A stretch of 62,000 nucleotides of DNA. Source: Wallemia ichthyophaga EXF-994. Lineage: Eukaryota; Fungi; Basidiomycota. Location of the stretch: assembly GCF_000400465.1 (NCBI RefSeq), contig NW_008806277.1, positions 20,001 through 82,000 of the forward strand, in the 5' to 3' direction. The notes beneath the pieces were generated by a model. The model saw nothing but the letters and a program-made list of their open reading frames with translations, was not told where the DNA came from and searched no databases. The position numbers and the translations under genes are program-made. Below are positions 9,780 to 21,603 of this stretch, in pieces (the stretch's first letter is position 1; each line of letters starts with the position of its first letter).

Positions 9780-9786
9780 TTTTTTT
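9780..9786 (+). terminator. Pol III terminator (T7) after the permuted tRNA
   Basis: Run of 7 T starting 12 nt after G37 of the 5' half. Confidence 0.7.
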
Positions 9787-11060
9787 CTTATTCACTTTAT
9801 AAGTGCGGCAGAATAACGACCGTTATCATCAATTGCGTTTCACTCAAGCCAAATTTTTAGCCCTATCACTGACACTCACGTTTCAACATAAAAAGTGATA
9901 CGAACATAAAACTTTCTTCTCAAATGATTTAAGGTTTTGAAGTACTTGTATTATTTGCACGACTCTCGTTGGTTGTTTTCTAGATTTACATTATTAAGTG
10001 AATCCGGTTAAATGGCATCTGCATTGTTTTCTGAGCCACTACTATCTAAGCATTTTCGTTATTCCAATATTTCATAGCGTTTGAAATGGTTGAGATTGAG
10101 ACACTGTCTCTCAATCGAATACCCGTAGATTGTCTTTGGCAGCGTGAGGAAGAATTTAAAATGACCTGAAGCATTGGCAGAGTTTTAATTCTATTTCTTT
10201 AGGCCTTTTTTACACTCTTCACGTCAGCTCGTCACCCTCGAATTAAACCCCTCTTCGGAAAGGTTTCTGGGTTTCAGCTAGTAAGATTAACAGAATACTT
10301 GGAAGCAAAGTGACTACAAGAATTGTTTACTAAGGGATTTTCCAATGTGTGCTATGTGGGCGTCTATTAACCGAGCGTAGCTCAACGATACAGCCTCAAT
10401 CTTGCAGCAACATAGATTATCTCAGCAGGGAGCCTTGCGAAGGACTTCTTGTTGGATGTTTTGTCGTCTGTGGATTGCTTTGTCTTGGTGGTTGAGGTTA
10501 GATAGAGAGATGAAGTGAGGGATGGAGAGCAAACCTACCAGGAGTATCGCTCAAAGTGGACTTTGAACGGACTGCCAGATCTTAGTTGGAGTTCAGAAAG
10601 AGTTAAATGAGCGGAGATAAAGCTTACTGGGAGTAGCAAAGACCATTTACAGGGAAAGGGCTAAACCCGCCATACTATGGTCCACAAGACGGCGAGCCGC
10701 GAGGAAATAAGTGTGGGCCACTACAGAACGCAGCGGTGTTAGAGTCGTTAATGTACTTTGACTCACGTGACTCTTGCCTTGTCTGTTGTGTTTCACTAAC
10801 CCGTTACCCTCGTTCCTAGTCTCGCGGCTAACAGCGTTGAAAGAGGGGTGATGAGCAAAACAAAGTACCATCTCAAAGCATACATATGAGAAAATTAGAA
10901 ATCACGATATCAACGCCTATCGCATGTCTGCTGATGACTGTGAAAAAAGCGTGAAAATCAAATGCATCATACAAGTTGGATAAAGCTGGATATCATTAGG
11001 ACGTCGTGCGTGTGAGTAGGTGGATATAATAAGAGGGGAAACACTGAGTTAAGCTGGCAT

Positions 11061-11342
11061 CTAGCGAGTTAGTTCTGGCGAGTTCTGCCAAGCAGAGTTT
11101 TGCAAAGTGAGCAGTTTATGAGTTTCGAGGCATTCCGCAATGAGACCTGGATAATTATGTTCCATCTCCTCTCTTACCGAATAAGCCCTGTAAAGAATCT
11201 CCGCAGTCTGTTTATCCTGCAGGAGGACTCTCAAGGAACCTCGAACGAACGGAAAAAGTTTACAACATTTCTGCAAGTCGTTATTCAGCGCGTTGAATTT
11301 TAAAGCGACAATATCGATATGAAACCCATTTAAAGCGCGCAT
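11061..11342 (-). CDS. Hypothetical 93-aa protein (copy 1)
   Basis: ATG-started ORF with no recognised motif; may be an exon of a larger gene. Confidence 0.3.
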   Translation of the reverse strand: MRALNGFHIDIVALKFNALNNDLQKCCKLFPFVRGSLRVLLQDKQTAEILYRAYSVREEMEHNYPGLIAECLETHKLLTLQNSAWQNSPELTR

Positions 11343-11424
11343 CTCATCCTTTTGCGTCCGTTTTGTGATATAGTATTTCAGCAGAGCACGTTTCTTACAT
11401 GTCCTGTTTACAGAGTCTGTAAAC

Positions 11425-12114
11425 TTACCAAATGTACGTAATGTATGTGTGTATCAAATTTAGTGGTGTATCGGTGGTGATTGAGCCATTTACCAGTTCG
11501 TAATTCTTGAAAATTATCATGTTCGGTTTACGCATGTAGCAGCTGTCCAGCGCGTTGAGAATTGCAATGAAGTGCTCCTGCGTTATCAAATCGAATCCAG
11601 GCATATCGACCAATGATGGTCGATGGATGCGGAGTAATTTGATACGGAAGTATTTGTCGCATATCGCAATGGCTAGCATCGCGGCTTTGAGATGTGTCAT
11701 GTGGTCTATGTTTATCGTTAGCTCTGTCGCACCGTCTGACCTACCAATCAGGAGATGTGTATTTTCAGTCTCGATGAGCGCGTCGAGTGTGAGAGTGAAC
11801 TTTTGCAGTACAGGCATTTTGTTGATGCATGTGGATAGCTGTGGACATGCTAATAACCGTGTGGATTTATTGAAGTGTTCCAGATTCAACTCAAGTACTT
11901 CTATCGAGTAGAGGAAATCTGTTGGTTGGAGTACACAGTTTTGAAGGAATGTCAGGTAAGATATCAGCTCAGCTGGTTTCGTGTTGTTTGTTGGTTTCAG
12001 AGATTGTATAATCAGACTTTTGGGATGTTTGCGGGTGAGTTTGTAGCTATTCTTAAGAGACGGCAAACAGCTCAGTTGCACCATGTAAGCTAATAATCCT
12101 ACAAACGACATCAT
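11425..12114 (-). CDS. Hypothetical protein, ~229 aa (copy 1)
   Basis: Long uninterrupted ORF in AT-rich DNA, first ATG at 12114; Leu-rich, no recognised family. Confidence 0.45.
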   Translation of the reverse strand: MMSFVGLLAYMVQLSCLPSLKNSYKLTRKHPKSLIIQSLKPTNNTKPAELISYLTFLQNCVLQPTDFLYSIEVLELNLEHFNKSTRLLACPQLSTCINKMPVLQKFTLTLDALIETENTHLLIGRSDGATELTINIDHMTHLKAAMLAIAICDKYFRIKLLRIHRPSLVDMPGFDLITQEHFIAILNALDSCYMRKPNMIIFKNYELVNGSITTDTPLNLIHTYITYIW

Positions 12115-12270
12115 CTGGGAAGCTCCAGAATCCTGCCATAGGAGAATTAGGTAGAGAAGATGGGGAAAACGGGGAAGAAAAAGCACAAAGCGCTCACAAC
12201 AGACACAAAACACCCGCCCACGCCAATTATACAGCCACAAAGAATCTATGGATGCAACAAGCAACTAAAT

Positions 12271-12764
12271 TTAGTTGCGGCTCTTGAAGTAGTCCAAGAG
12301 GACGTTAAGACCCTCAGACTCAACACCAAAGTCGCGGACAACGACGCAAGAGGTACCGACGACCTTACGTGCGTTACCCTCTCTGTCGATCTTGCAGAGA
12401 CCAGCCCAGGTACCCAAAACCTTGGCGTCGGAGACCTTGATGAGGTTGATTTGGTGCTCTGCGCAGAGAGCTTCGATGAGCTTGATGTACTCAGCCTCAG
12501 TGCAGGTTTCGACGAGCACACAGAGGTGGGCAGCTCTACGGTCGAGAGCCTTAGCACACTCTCTCAAACCACGGGCGAGACCATCGTGGTAGAGGGCGTT
12601 CTTGAGAACTTGTTGGAGGGCTTCCTCGACAGACATCTTGCCTGCTGGAGCAGCCTCAGCGACTTCGACCTCTTCTTGAGGAACTTCGACTTGTTGTTCA
12701 CCGTTTTCAGACTGTAGAGAGTGAGCAGGGGTGTATTAAATCCACTGCACACCAAACACACCAT
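12271..12764 (-). CDS. RPS12: 40S ribosomal protein S12 (eS12), copy 1; exon 1 is ATG only, intron 12712-12761
   Basis: [46 protein letters not shown]; N-terminus [15 protein letters not shown] after splicing. Confidence 0.97.
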
Positions 12765-13176
12765 TATAGATTCTTATGCTAAGTCAGTCAATCGTAAGAC
12801 GTCGTCCTTCGTTCTTAGCTGTTAGCTGGGTCGAAGAGAGAAGGCGGCGTTACAGATTTTATCCACCGAAAAATTTAAATTGTGTGCGAGTGTATGAGTT
12901 TGTAGAGAGTTTGTGGGGTTTGTGGATTTATGCTTACGTATACTTACATCCTCTACTCCTTCGGCGATGGAGTTGTGCGGGGTTTACGCTGTGTGCTGAT
13001 GTAGACGATTGCATGTACGTATATCATTCTGAAAGTAGGCTCTAACCACACTTTTTATTTAAATACACACTGCGAGCTTTTCAGACAATTTTACAGAAAA
13101 TTTCACTATTGTTTAACTAACAACAAACGGTATTATGTATTTAATGTAAAAACAGAAACCCGGTAAACAAAACAAT

Positions 13177-13548
13177 TTAGATGAGTGGGATTGGAGTACA
13201 GTTGATACCGAGGAGACCATCTGAAGATGCCTTCTCGCAGCAGACTGGGGTGTTCTTGCATACGTCTGTGGAGCGTGTTAGTTATATTTACGACGCACGT
13301 AGATTCCAAATACCTTGTAATGCTACTCCGATGAGAAGAGGTATTTGAGTACATTGGATAGCAACTTGGTCGAGAATATCGCCTGTGTGGAGAAGACCGT
13401 CTTCTTCACCAGTGCTTGATTGCTTGTCTTTTGTAGTATCACAACATGAAGTAAGTCCGGTATTACATGAGCCGACTGATGAGCCGCCTGATGGTCTGGC
13501 GAGGGCAGATGCGATGACGGCGGAGATGGCGAGGGTTTGAGCGATCAT
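13177..13548 (-). CDS. Class I hydrophobin, copy 1 (intron 13266-13313)
   Basis: Signal peptide MIAQTLAISAVIASALA. Spliced product has 8 Cys spaced C-X6-CC-X29-C-X14-C-X5-CC-X12-C and ends NCTPIPLI*. Confidence 0.92.
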
Positions 13549-13955
13549 TGTTTAGAGAGCAAGATGAGTTGTGAGGATGCAACATGGGTAGAGCTAGGCT
13601 ATTTAACCATCTGAGAAGCGCACTAAAATGATTATTAGCGCTATCTTATTTTAGTGCACTTTTAGCGTGCATTATGAGCTCCGGAATGTGGTATTTGCAT
13701 TGAATATCATGTGAAATAAAAAGTGTATGTTTGCATGTGCGTACGTTTACACAAAAATATTTAGAAAAACACTCCTCCACACGGGCACACCTCTTGCGTA
13801 TAAGACGAGTAAAATTTTCAAAAGGCAACACAAAAACAAATCAATTATTAAACGAGGAAAGTGATGCAGCGTTGTTGTTAGTGAGAGTGCGAGACAACCA
13901 AGTCTCAACTGGTATCCTGTATGAAATCTGTAAAGTGACAAGTTGAACGACCCCA

Positions 13956-14178
13956 TTAGTCCTTGTAAATGAGCAAAGGTTCACCCGGTTCATGAACCTC
14001 TGGAATTGTACATTTCAAATCGAAAGCCTTTGAGAGAACAATTTTGAATATTTTCTGTACGTGAATGGAGTGCGAAGTGGAGCAGAAGATGAGAGGAGCG
14101 TGCATAGCCTTTGCGAATCTCTTTGCCTGTGTTGATGAGTGGGTAAGTGAATTGAAAGTGCAAATATCGCTCCTACCT
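13956..14178 (-). pseudogene. Orphan 3' fragment of TEM1 (last intron plus last exon) left by the duplication
   Basis: [28 protein letters not shown], identical to the TEM1 terminal exon but cut off at the 14178/14179 junction. Confidence 0.85.
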
Positions 14179-14328
14179 AGCATTGCATTGAGGTGAAGCA
14201 ATCAATATGAAAACGTACAATGACTTGATTTTATGAATATTTGCGTACACCTTTTGCGTTTCAATTGTATATATTTTTAAGCTGCAAAGGAATTCTCAGT
14301 TCAAAATAACTCAACGGGAGTAGCTGAT

Positions 14329-14404
14329 ATCGAAAGGTTGCAGGTTCGAGCCCTGCGTCGGTCACCACGGCCGGCTGGCTCAATGGTAGAGTATTCGACT
14401 ACGG
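14329..14404 (+). tRNA. tRNA-Arg(ACG): Circularly permuted tRNA-Arg(ACG), copy 2 (3' half 14329-14364, 5' half 14369-14404)
   Basis: Identical to 9693-9768, with the same flanks (T7 at 14416-14422). Confidence 0.88.
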
Positions 14405-15696
14405 CATTGAAATAATTTTTTTCTTATTCACTTTATAAGTGCGGCAGAATAACGACCGTTATCATCAATTGCGTTTCACTCAAGCCAAATTTTTAGCCCT
14501 ATCACTGACACTCACGTTTCAACATAAAAAGTGATACGAACATAAAACTTTCTTCTCAAATGATTTAAGGTTTTGAAGTACTTGTATTATTTGCACGACT
14601 CTCGTTGGTTGTTTTCTAGATTTACATTATTAAGTGAATCCGGTTAAATGGCATCTGCATTGTTTTCTGAGCCACTACTATCTAAGCATTTTCGTTATTC
14701 CAATATTTCATAGCGTTTGAAATGGTTGAGATTGAGACACTGTCTCTCAATCGAATACCCGTAGATTGTCTTTGGCAGCGTGAGGAAGAATTTAAAATGA
14801 CCTGAAGCATTGGCAGAGTTTTAATTCTATTTCTTTAGGCCTTTTTTACACTCTTCACGTCAGCTCGTCACCCTCGAATTAAACCCCTCTTCGGAAAGGT
14901 TTCTGGGTTTCAGCTAGTAAGATTAACAGAATACTTGGAAGCAAAGTGACTACAAGAATTGTTTACTAAGGGATTTTCCAATGTGTGCTATGTGGGCGTC
15001 TATTAACCGAGCGTAGCTCAACGATACAGCCTCAATCTTGCAGCAACATAGATTATCTCAGCAGGGAGCCTTGCGAAGGACTTCTTGTTGGATGTTTTGT
15101 CGTCTGTGGATTGCTTTGTCTTGGTGGTTGAGGTTAGATAGAGAGATGAAGTGAGGGATGGAGAGCAAACCTACCAGGAGTATCGCTCAAAGTGGACTTT
15201 GAACGGACTGCCAGATCTTAGTTGGAGTTCAGAAAGAGTTAAATGAGCGGAGATAAAGCTTACTGGGAGTAGCAAAGACCATTTACAGGGAAAGGGCTAA
15301 ACCCGCCATACTATGGTCCACAAGACGGCGAGCCGCGAGGAAATAAGTGTGGGCCACTACAGAACGCAGCGGTGTTAGAGTCGTTAATGTACTTTGACTC
15401 ACGTGACTCTTGCCTTGTCTGTTGTGTTTCACTAACCCGTTACCCTCGTTCCTAGTCTCGCGGCTAACAGCGTTGAAAGAGGGGTGATGAGCAAAACAAA
15501 GTACCATCTCAAAGCATACATATGAGAAAATTAGAAATCACGATATCAACGCCTATCGCATGTCTGCTGATGACTGTGAAAAAAGCGTGAAAATCAAATG
15601 CATCATACAAGTTGGATAAAGCTGGATATCATTAGGACGTCGTGCGTGTGAGTAGGTGGATATAATAAGAGGGGAAACACTGAGTTAAGCTGGCAT

Positions 15697-15978
15697 CTAG
15701 CGAGTTAGTTCTGGCGAGTTCTGCCAAGCAGAGTTTTGCAAAGTGAGCAGTTTATGAGTTTCGAGGCATTCCGCAATGAGACCTGGATAATTATGTTCCA
15801 TCTCCTCTCTTACCGAATAAGCCCTGTAAAGAATCTCCGCAGTCTGTTTATCCTGCAGGAGGACTCTCAAGGAACCTCGAACGAACGGAAAAAGTTTACA
15901 ACATTTCTGCAAGTCGTTATTCAGCGCGTTGAATTTTAAAGCGACAATATCGATATGAAACCCATTTAAAGCGCGCAT
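15697..15978 (-). CDS. Hypothetical 93-aa protein (copy 2)
   Basis: Identical to 11061-11342. Confidence 0.3.
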   Translation of the reverse strand: MRALNGFHIDIVALKFNALNNDLQKCCKLFPFVRGSLRVLLQDKQTAEILYRAYSVREEMEHNYPGLIAECLETHKLLTLQNSAWQNSPELTR

Positions 15979-16060
15979 CTCATCCTTTTGCGTCCGTTTT
16001 GTGATATAGTATTTCAGCAGAGCACGTTTCTTACATGTCCTGTTTACAGAGTCTGTAAAC

Positions 16061-16750
16061 TTACCAAATGTACGTAATGTATGTGTGTATCAAATTTAGT
16101 GGTGTATCGGTGGTGATTGAGCCATTTACCAGTTCGTAATTCTTGAAAATTATCATGTTCGGTTTACGCATGTAGCAGCTGTCCAGCGCGTTGAGAATTG
16201 CAATGAAGTGCTCCTGCGTTATCAAATCGAATCCAGGCATATCGACCAATGATGGTCGATGGATGCGGAGTAATTTGATACGGAAGTATTTGTCGCATAT
16301 CGCAATGGCTAGCATCGCGGCTTTGAGATGTGTCATGTGGTCTATGTTTATCGTTAGCTCTGTCGCACCGTCTGACCTACCAATCAGGAGATGTGTATTT
16401 TCAGTCTCGATGAGCGCGTCGAGTGTGAGAGTGAACTTTTGCAGTACAGGCATTTTGTTGATGCATGTGGATAGCTGTGGACATGCTAATAACCGTGTGG
16501 ATTTATTGAAGTGTTCCAGATTCAACTCAAGTACTTCTATCGAGTAGAGGAAATCTGTTGGTTGGAGTACACAGTTTTGAAGGAATGTCAGGTAAGATAT
16601 CAGCTCAGCTGGTTTCGTGTTGTTTGTTGGTTTCAGAGATTGTATAATCAGACTTTTGGGATGTTTGCGGGTGAGTTTGTAGCTATTCTTAAGAGACGGC
16701 AAACAGCTCAGTTGCACCATGTAAGCTAATAATCCTACAAACGACATCAT
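16061..16750 (-). CDS. Hypothetical protein, ~229 aa (copy 2)
   Basis: Identical to 11425-12114. Confidence 0.45.
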   Translation of the reverse strand: MMSFVGLLAYMVQLSCLPSLKNSYKLTRKHPKSLIIQSLKPTNNTKPAELISYLTFLQNCVLQPTDFLYSIEVLELNLEHFNKSTRLLACPQLSTCINKMPVLQKFTLTLDALIETENTHLLIGRSDGATELTINIDHMTHLKAAMLAIAICDKYFRIKLLRIHRPSLVDMPGFDLITQEHFIAILNALDSCYMRKPNMIIFKNYELVNGSITTDTPLNLIHTYITYIW

Positions 16751-16906
16751 CTGGGAAGCTCCAGAATCCTGCCATAGGAGAATTAGGTAGAGAAGATGGG
16801 GAAAACGGGGAAGAAAAAGCACAAAGCGCTCACAACAGACACAAAACACCCGCCCACGCCAATTATACAGCCACAAAGAATCTATGGATGCAACAAGCAA
16901 CTAAAT

Positions 16907-17400
16907 TTAGTTGCGGCTCTTGAAGTAGTCCAAGAGGACGTTAAGACCCTCAGACTCAACACCAAAGTCGCGGACAACGACGCAAGAGGTACCGACGACC
17001 TTACGTGCGTTACCCTCTCTGTCGATCTTGCAGAGACCAGCCCAGGTACCCAAAACCTTGGCGTCGGAGACCTTGATGAGGTTGATTTGGTGCTCTGCGC
17101 AGAGAGCTTCGATGAGCTTGATGTACTCAGCCTCAGTGCAGGTTTCGACGAGCACACAGAGGTGGGCAGCTCTACGGTCGAGAGCCTTAGCACACTCTCT
17201 CAAACCACGGGCGAGACCATCGTGGTAGAGGGCGTTCTTGAGAACTTGTTGGAGGGCTTCCTCGACAGACATCTTGCCTGCTGGAGCAGCCTCAGCGACT
17301 TCGACCTCTTCTTGAGGAACTTCGACTTGTTGTTCACCGTTTTCAGACTGTAGAGAGTGAGCAGGGGTGTATTAAATCCACTGCACACCAAACACACCAT
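16907..17400 (-). CDS. RPS12: 40S ribosomal protein S12, copy 2
   Basis: Identical to copy 1. Confidence 0.95.
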
Positions 17401-17812
17401 TATAGATTCTTATGCTAAGTCAGTCAATCGTAAGACGTCGTCCTTCGTTCTTAGCTGTTAGCTGGGTCGAAGAGAGAAGGCGGCGTTACAGATTTTATCC
17501 ACCGAAAAATTTAAATTGTGTGCGAGTGTATGAGTTTGTAGAGAGTTTGTGGGGTTTGTGGATTTATGCTTACGTATACTTACATCCTCTACTCCTTCGG
17601 CGATGGAGTTGTGCGGGGTTTACGCTGTGTGCTGATGTAGACGATTGCATGTACGTATATCATTCTGAAAGTAGGCTCTAACCACACTTTTTATTTAAAT
17701 ACACACTGCGAGCTTTTCAGACAATTTTACAGAAAATTTCACTATTGTTTAACTAACAACAAACGGTATTATGTATTTAATGTAAAAACAGAAACCCGGT
17801 AAACAAAACAAT

Positions 17813-18184
17813 TTAGATGAGTGGGATTGGAGTACAGTTGATACCGAGGAGACCATCTGAAGATGCCTTCTCGCAGCAGACTGGGGTGTTCTTGCATACG
17901 TCTGTGGAGCGTGTTAGTTATATTTACGACGCACGTAGATTCCAAATACCTTGTAATGCTACTCCGATGAGAAGAGGTATTTGAGTACATTGGATAGCAA
18001 CTTGGTCGAGAATATCGCCTGTGTGGAGAAGACCGTCTTCTTCACCAGTGCTTGATTGCTTGTCTTTTGTAGTATCACAACATGAAGTAAGTCCGGTATT
18101 ACATGAGCCGACTGATGAGCCGCCTGATGGTCTGGCGAGGGCAGATGCGATGACGGCGGAGATGGCGAGGGTTTGAGCGATCAT
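17813..18184 (-). CDS. Class I hydrophobin, copy 2
   Basis: Identical to copy 1. Confidence 0.9.
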
Positions 18185-18591
18185 TGTTTAGAGAGCAAGA
18201 TGAGTTGTGAGGATGCAACATGGGTAGAGCTAGGCTATTTAACCATCTGAGAAGCGCACTAAAATGATTATTAGCGCTATCTTATTTTAGTGCACTTTTA
18301 GCGTGCATTATGAGCTCCGGAATGTGGTATTTGCATTGAATATCATGTGAAATAAAAAGTGTATGTTTGCATGTGCGTACGTTTACACAAAAATATTTAG
18401 AAAAACACTCCTCCACACGGGCACACCTCTTGCGTATAAGACGAGTAAAATTTTCAAAAGGCAACACAAAAACAAATCAATTATTAAACGAGGAAAGTGA
18501 TGCAGCGTTGTTGTTAGTGAGAGTGCGAGACAACCAAGTCTCAACTGGTATCCTGTATGAAATCTGTAAAGTGACAAGTTGAACGACCCCA

Positions 18592-19398
18592 TTAGTCCTT
18601 GTAAATGAGCAAAGGTTCACCCGGTTCATGAACCTCTGGAATTGTACATTTCAAATCGAAAGCCTTTGAGAGAACAATTTTGAATATTTTCTGTACGTGA
18701 ATGGAGTGCGAAGTGGAGCAGAAGATGAGAGGAGCGTGCATAGCCTTTGCGAATCTCTTTGCCTGTGTTGATGAGTGGGTAAGTGAATTGAAAGTGCAAA
18801 TATCGCTCCTACCTGCTTGGTTATCTCCTCCTGATCTTCCTTAGGCAGACCAGCGAATACATCGAACTTGGTACCTACGAGGAAAGGGATTGCAGTTTTG
18901 TTAAACCCTCTAGCCTGTCTGTACCACTCTTTTATCGAATTAAGGGTGCTCTTCCTGGAAAGATCGAACATGAAGAGAATTGCAACTGCGTCATTGCAAA
19001 CGAGTGGGAGCATGTTGACGAATTCGCGTTGGCCTGTGCGACGAGAATGAGAATGACAATGAAAGTGATTTCAAAGGAAAGTTAATCCCCCAGATAAAGC
19101 CACAACGCACCACCTAGATCCCAAATGGAGAAAGTAATTTCAGTCTGGCGTATGGATATAGTCTTTTCCATAAAGTTTACGCCTGTAAGCGGGTGATTGA
19201 GTGATGCTCTTTCAATAGCCCAAGCTACACGCACCTAGCGTTTGTATGTAGTCTTCATCGAATGAACCTCTGTCGCGCGTAAGTGTAAGAAGCGTCTAAG
19301 AAACGCATCCACTGCACCCACTCCACATATTTAACCATCAAAGACGTCTTCCCAATGCTGCTGTCCCCCACCAACGCTGTTTTGAGATAAAGGGCCAT
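18592..19398 (-). CDS. TEM1: Septation/mitotic exit GTPase Tem1/Spg1, multi-exon (start tentative)
   Basis: Exons give [84 protein letters not shown]. Confidence 0.93.
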
Positions 19399-19548
19399 GA
19401 TCGCTGTGAGTAAGGTGGTTGAGGTGTTTGAGGTACTTGAGACAACTTAAATTAGCAAATGATGTTTCAATTTTTAAGCCTATTTTCAAGCTCATTTTCA
19501 AGTTCACTTCGAGACCGTTTAATTGATTAGAGTCATCTAACACACAAC

Positions 19549-20004
19549 ATGAGAGGATACGCGGATATCAATTTGCTGTTGGTGGGTTGAATGTTGCGAA
19601 TCAATCCCTCTCACATTCCATCTTCAGAGCATCGCTGTTGCCATTTTATCGCTTTTGATCATCTCTCCCTACGTTTTCACTTATGAGGCTACTAGGACAG
19701 CCAGCGTTGGGGAAAGAGAAGCAAGAGTTGCAGAACGTGAAAGCTCAGTGGCTGCGAGGGAAAGCAATCTCTACTGGAAGTCTATTCCGCCCCCTGACGT
19801 AACACAAGACGAGGAGGAGGAGTGCAATCATGATACGATTCTACTACGCGAGTTGGAGTTTACTAAGAGAGAAGCAGGATTGCATAAACGTGAAGCTAGC
19901 ATCGCGCGCAGAGAGGCGTGGTTAGTTGATAATTGGTGGGTGAAATTTGGAATATACGAGACATTGTGAGACTCACACACACAATCACACGCAGGCCACA
20001 CTAA
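19549..20004 (+). CDS. Hypothetical N-anchored coiled-coil protein (3 exons)
   Basis: MRGYADINLLL|SIAVAILSLLIISPYVF hydrophobic segment, repeated EREARVAERE/KREASIARRE, last exon ends WPH*. Confidence 0.55.
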
Positions 20005-20100
20005 ACATATATATGATAGTCATTATGAATGAATAAAAGATTAAATAAGATTTGCAGTTTGATTTGATCCATGGGGCAGGTCACCTACGTCACACACCTT

Positions 20101-21295
<1,195 letters not shown>

Positions 21296-21603
21296 GGTGG
21301 TGGTATGCGGATAAGGAGGGAATGGATCGATTGACAGATTTATAAATACACAAAGCCGAACGCGGGAATATAAAATTTAATAAAATAGCCGTGAATTTAA
21401 TCAAATTGCCTGATTTGGGTGAATTCGCCGTCTTTTCTGAGTCAATTTGAGTGTTTAACGGAGTTTCAAGGAATTTTAAGTGGGTTCAAGTGAATTTCAA
21501 GTGTTTAAGATTATTTAATAGTGTTTACTATTAATAATCAGTGACACTTAAAATTACTAGTGAAATTAGAAATACATAGTTACACCCCAACCACCATGCT
21601 CAA

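Larger units (their letters stand above)
9543..14178. repeat. Tandem duplication, copy 1 (4,636 bp)
   Basis: Sequence from 9543 (AGCATTGCATTGAGG..) recurs at 14179 with a constant 4636 offset. All ORF-track translations are identical and spot-checked DNA is identical. Confidence 0.97.
14179..18814. repeat. Tandem duplication, copy 2 (4,636 bp)
   Basis: Identity with copy 1 ends at ..TATCGCTCCTACCT (18814), after which the intact TEM1 gene continues. Confidence 0.97.

Noticed and set aside
10300-10620. F-box-like peptide FARLPAEII on the minus strand
   Set aside because: Stops follow in all frames and I could not build a consistent spliced gene; not listed as a feature.
12160-12717. 185-aa plus-strand ORF (and copy 16796-17353)
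   Set aside because: Antisense to codon-biased RPS12.
21455-21510. Roughly 10-bp periodic TTCAAG/TTAAG repeats upstream of the RanBP2 gene
   Set aside because: Short, degenerate and AT-rich; not CRISPR-like and no function supportable.
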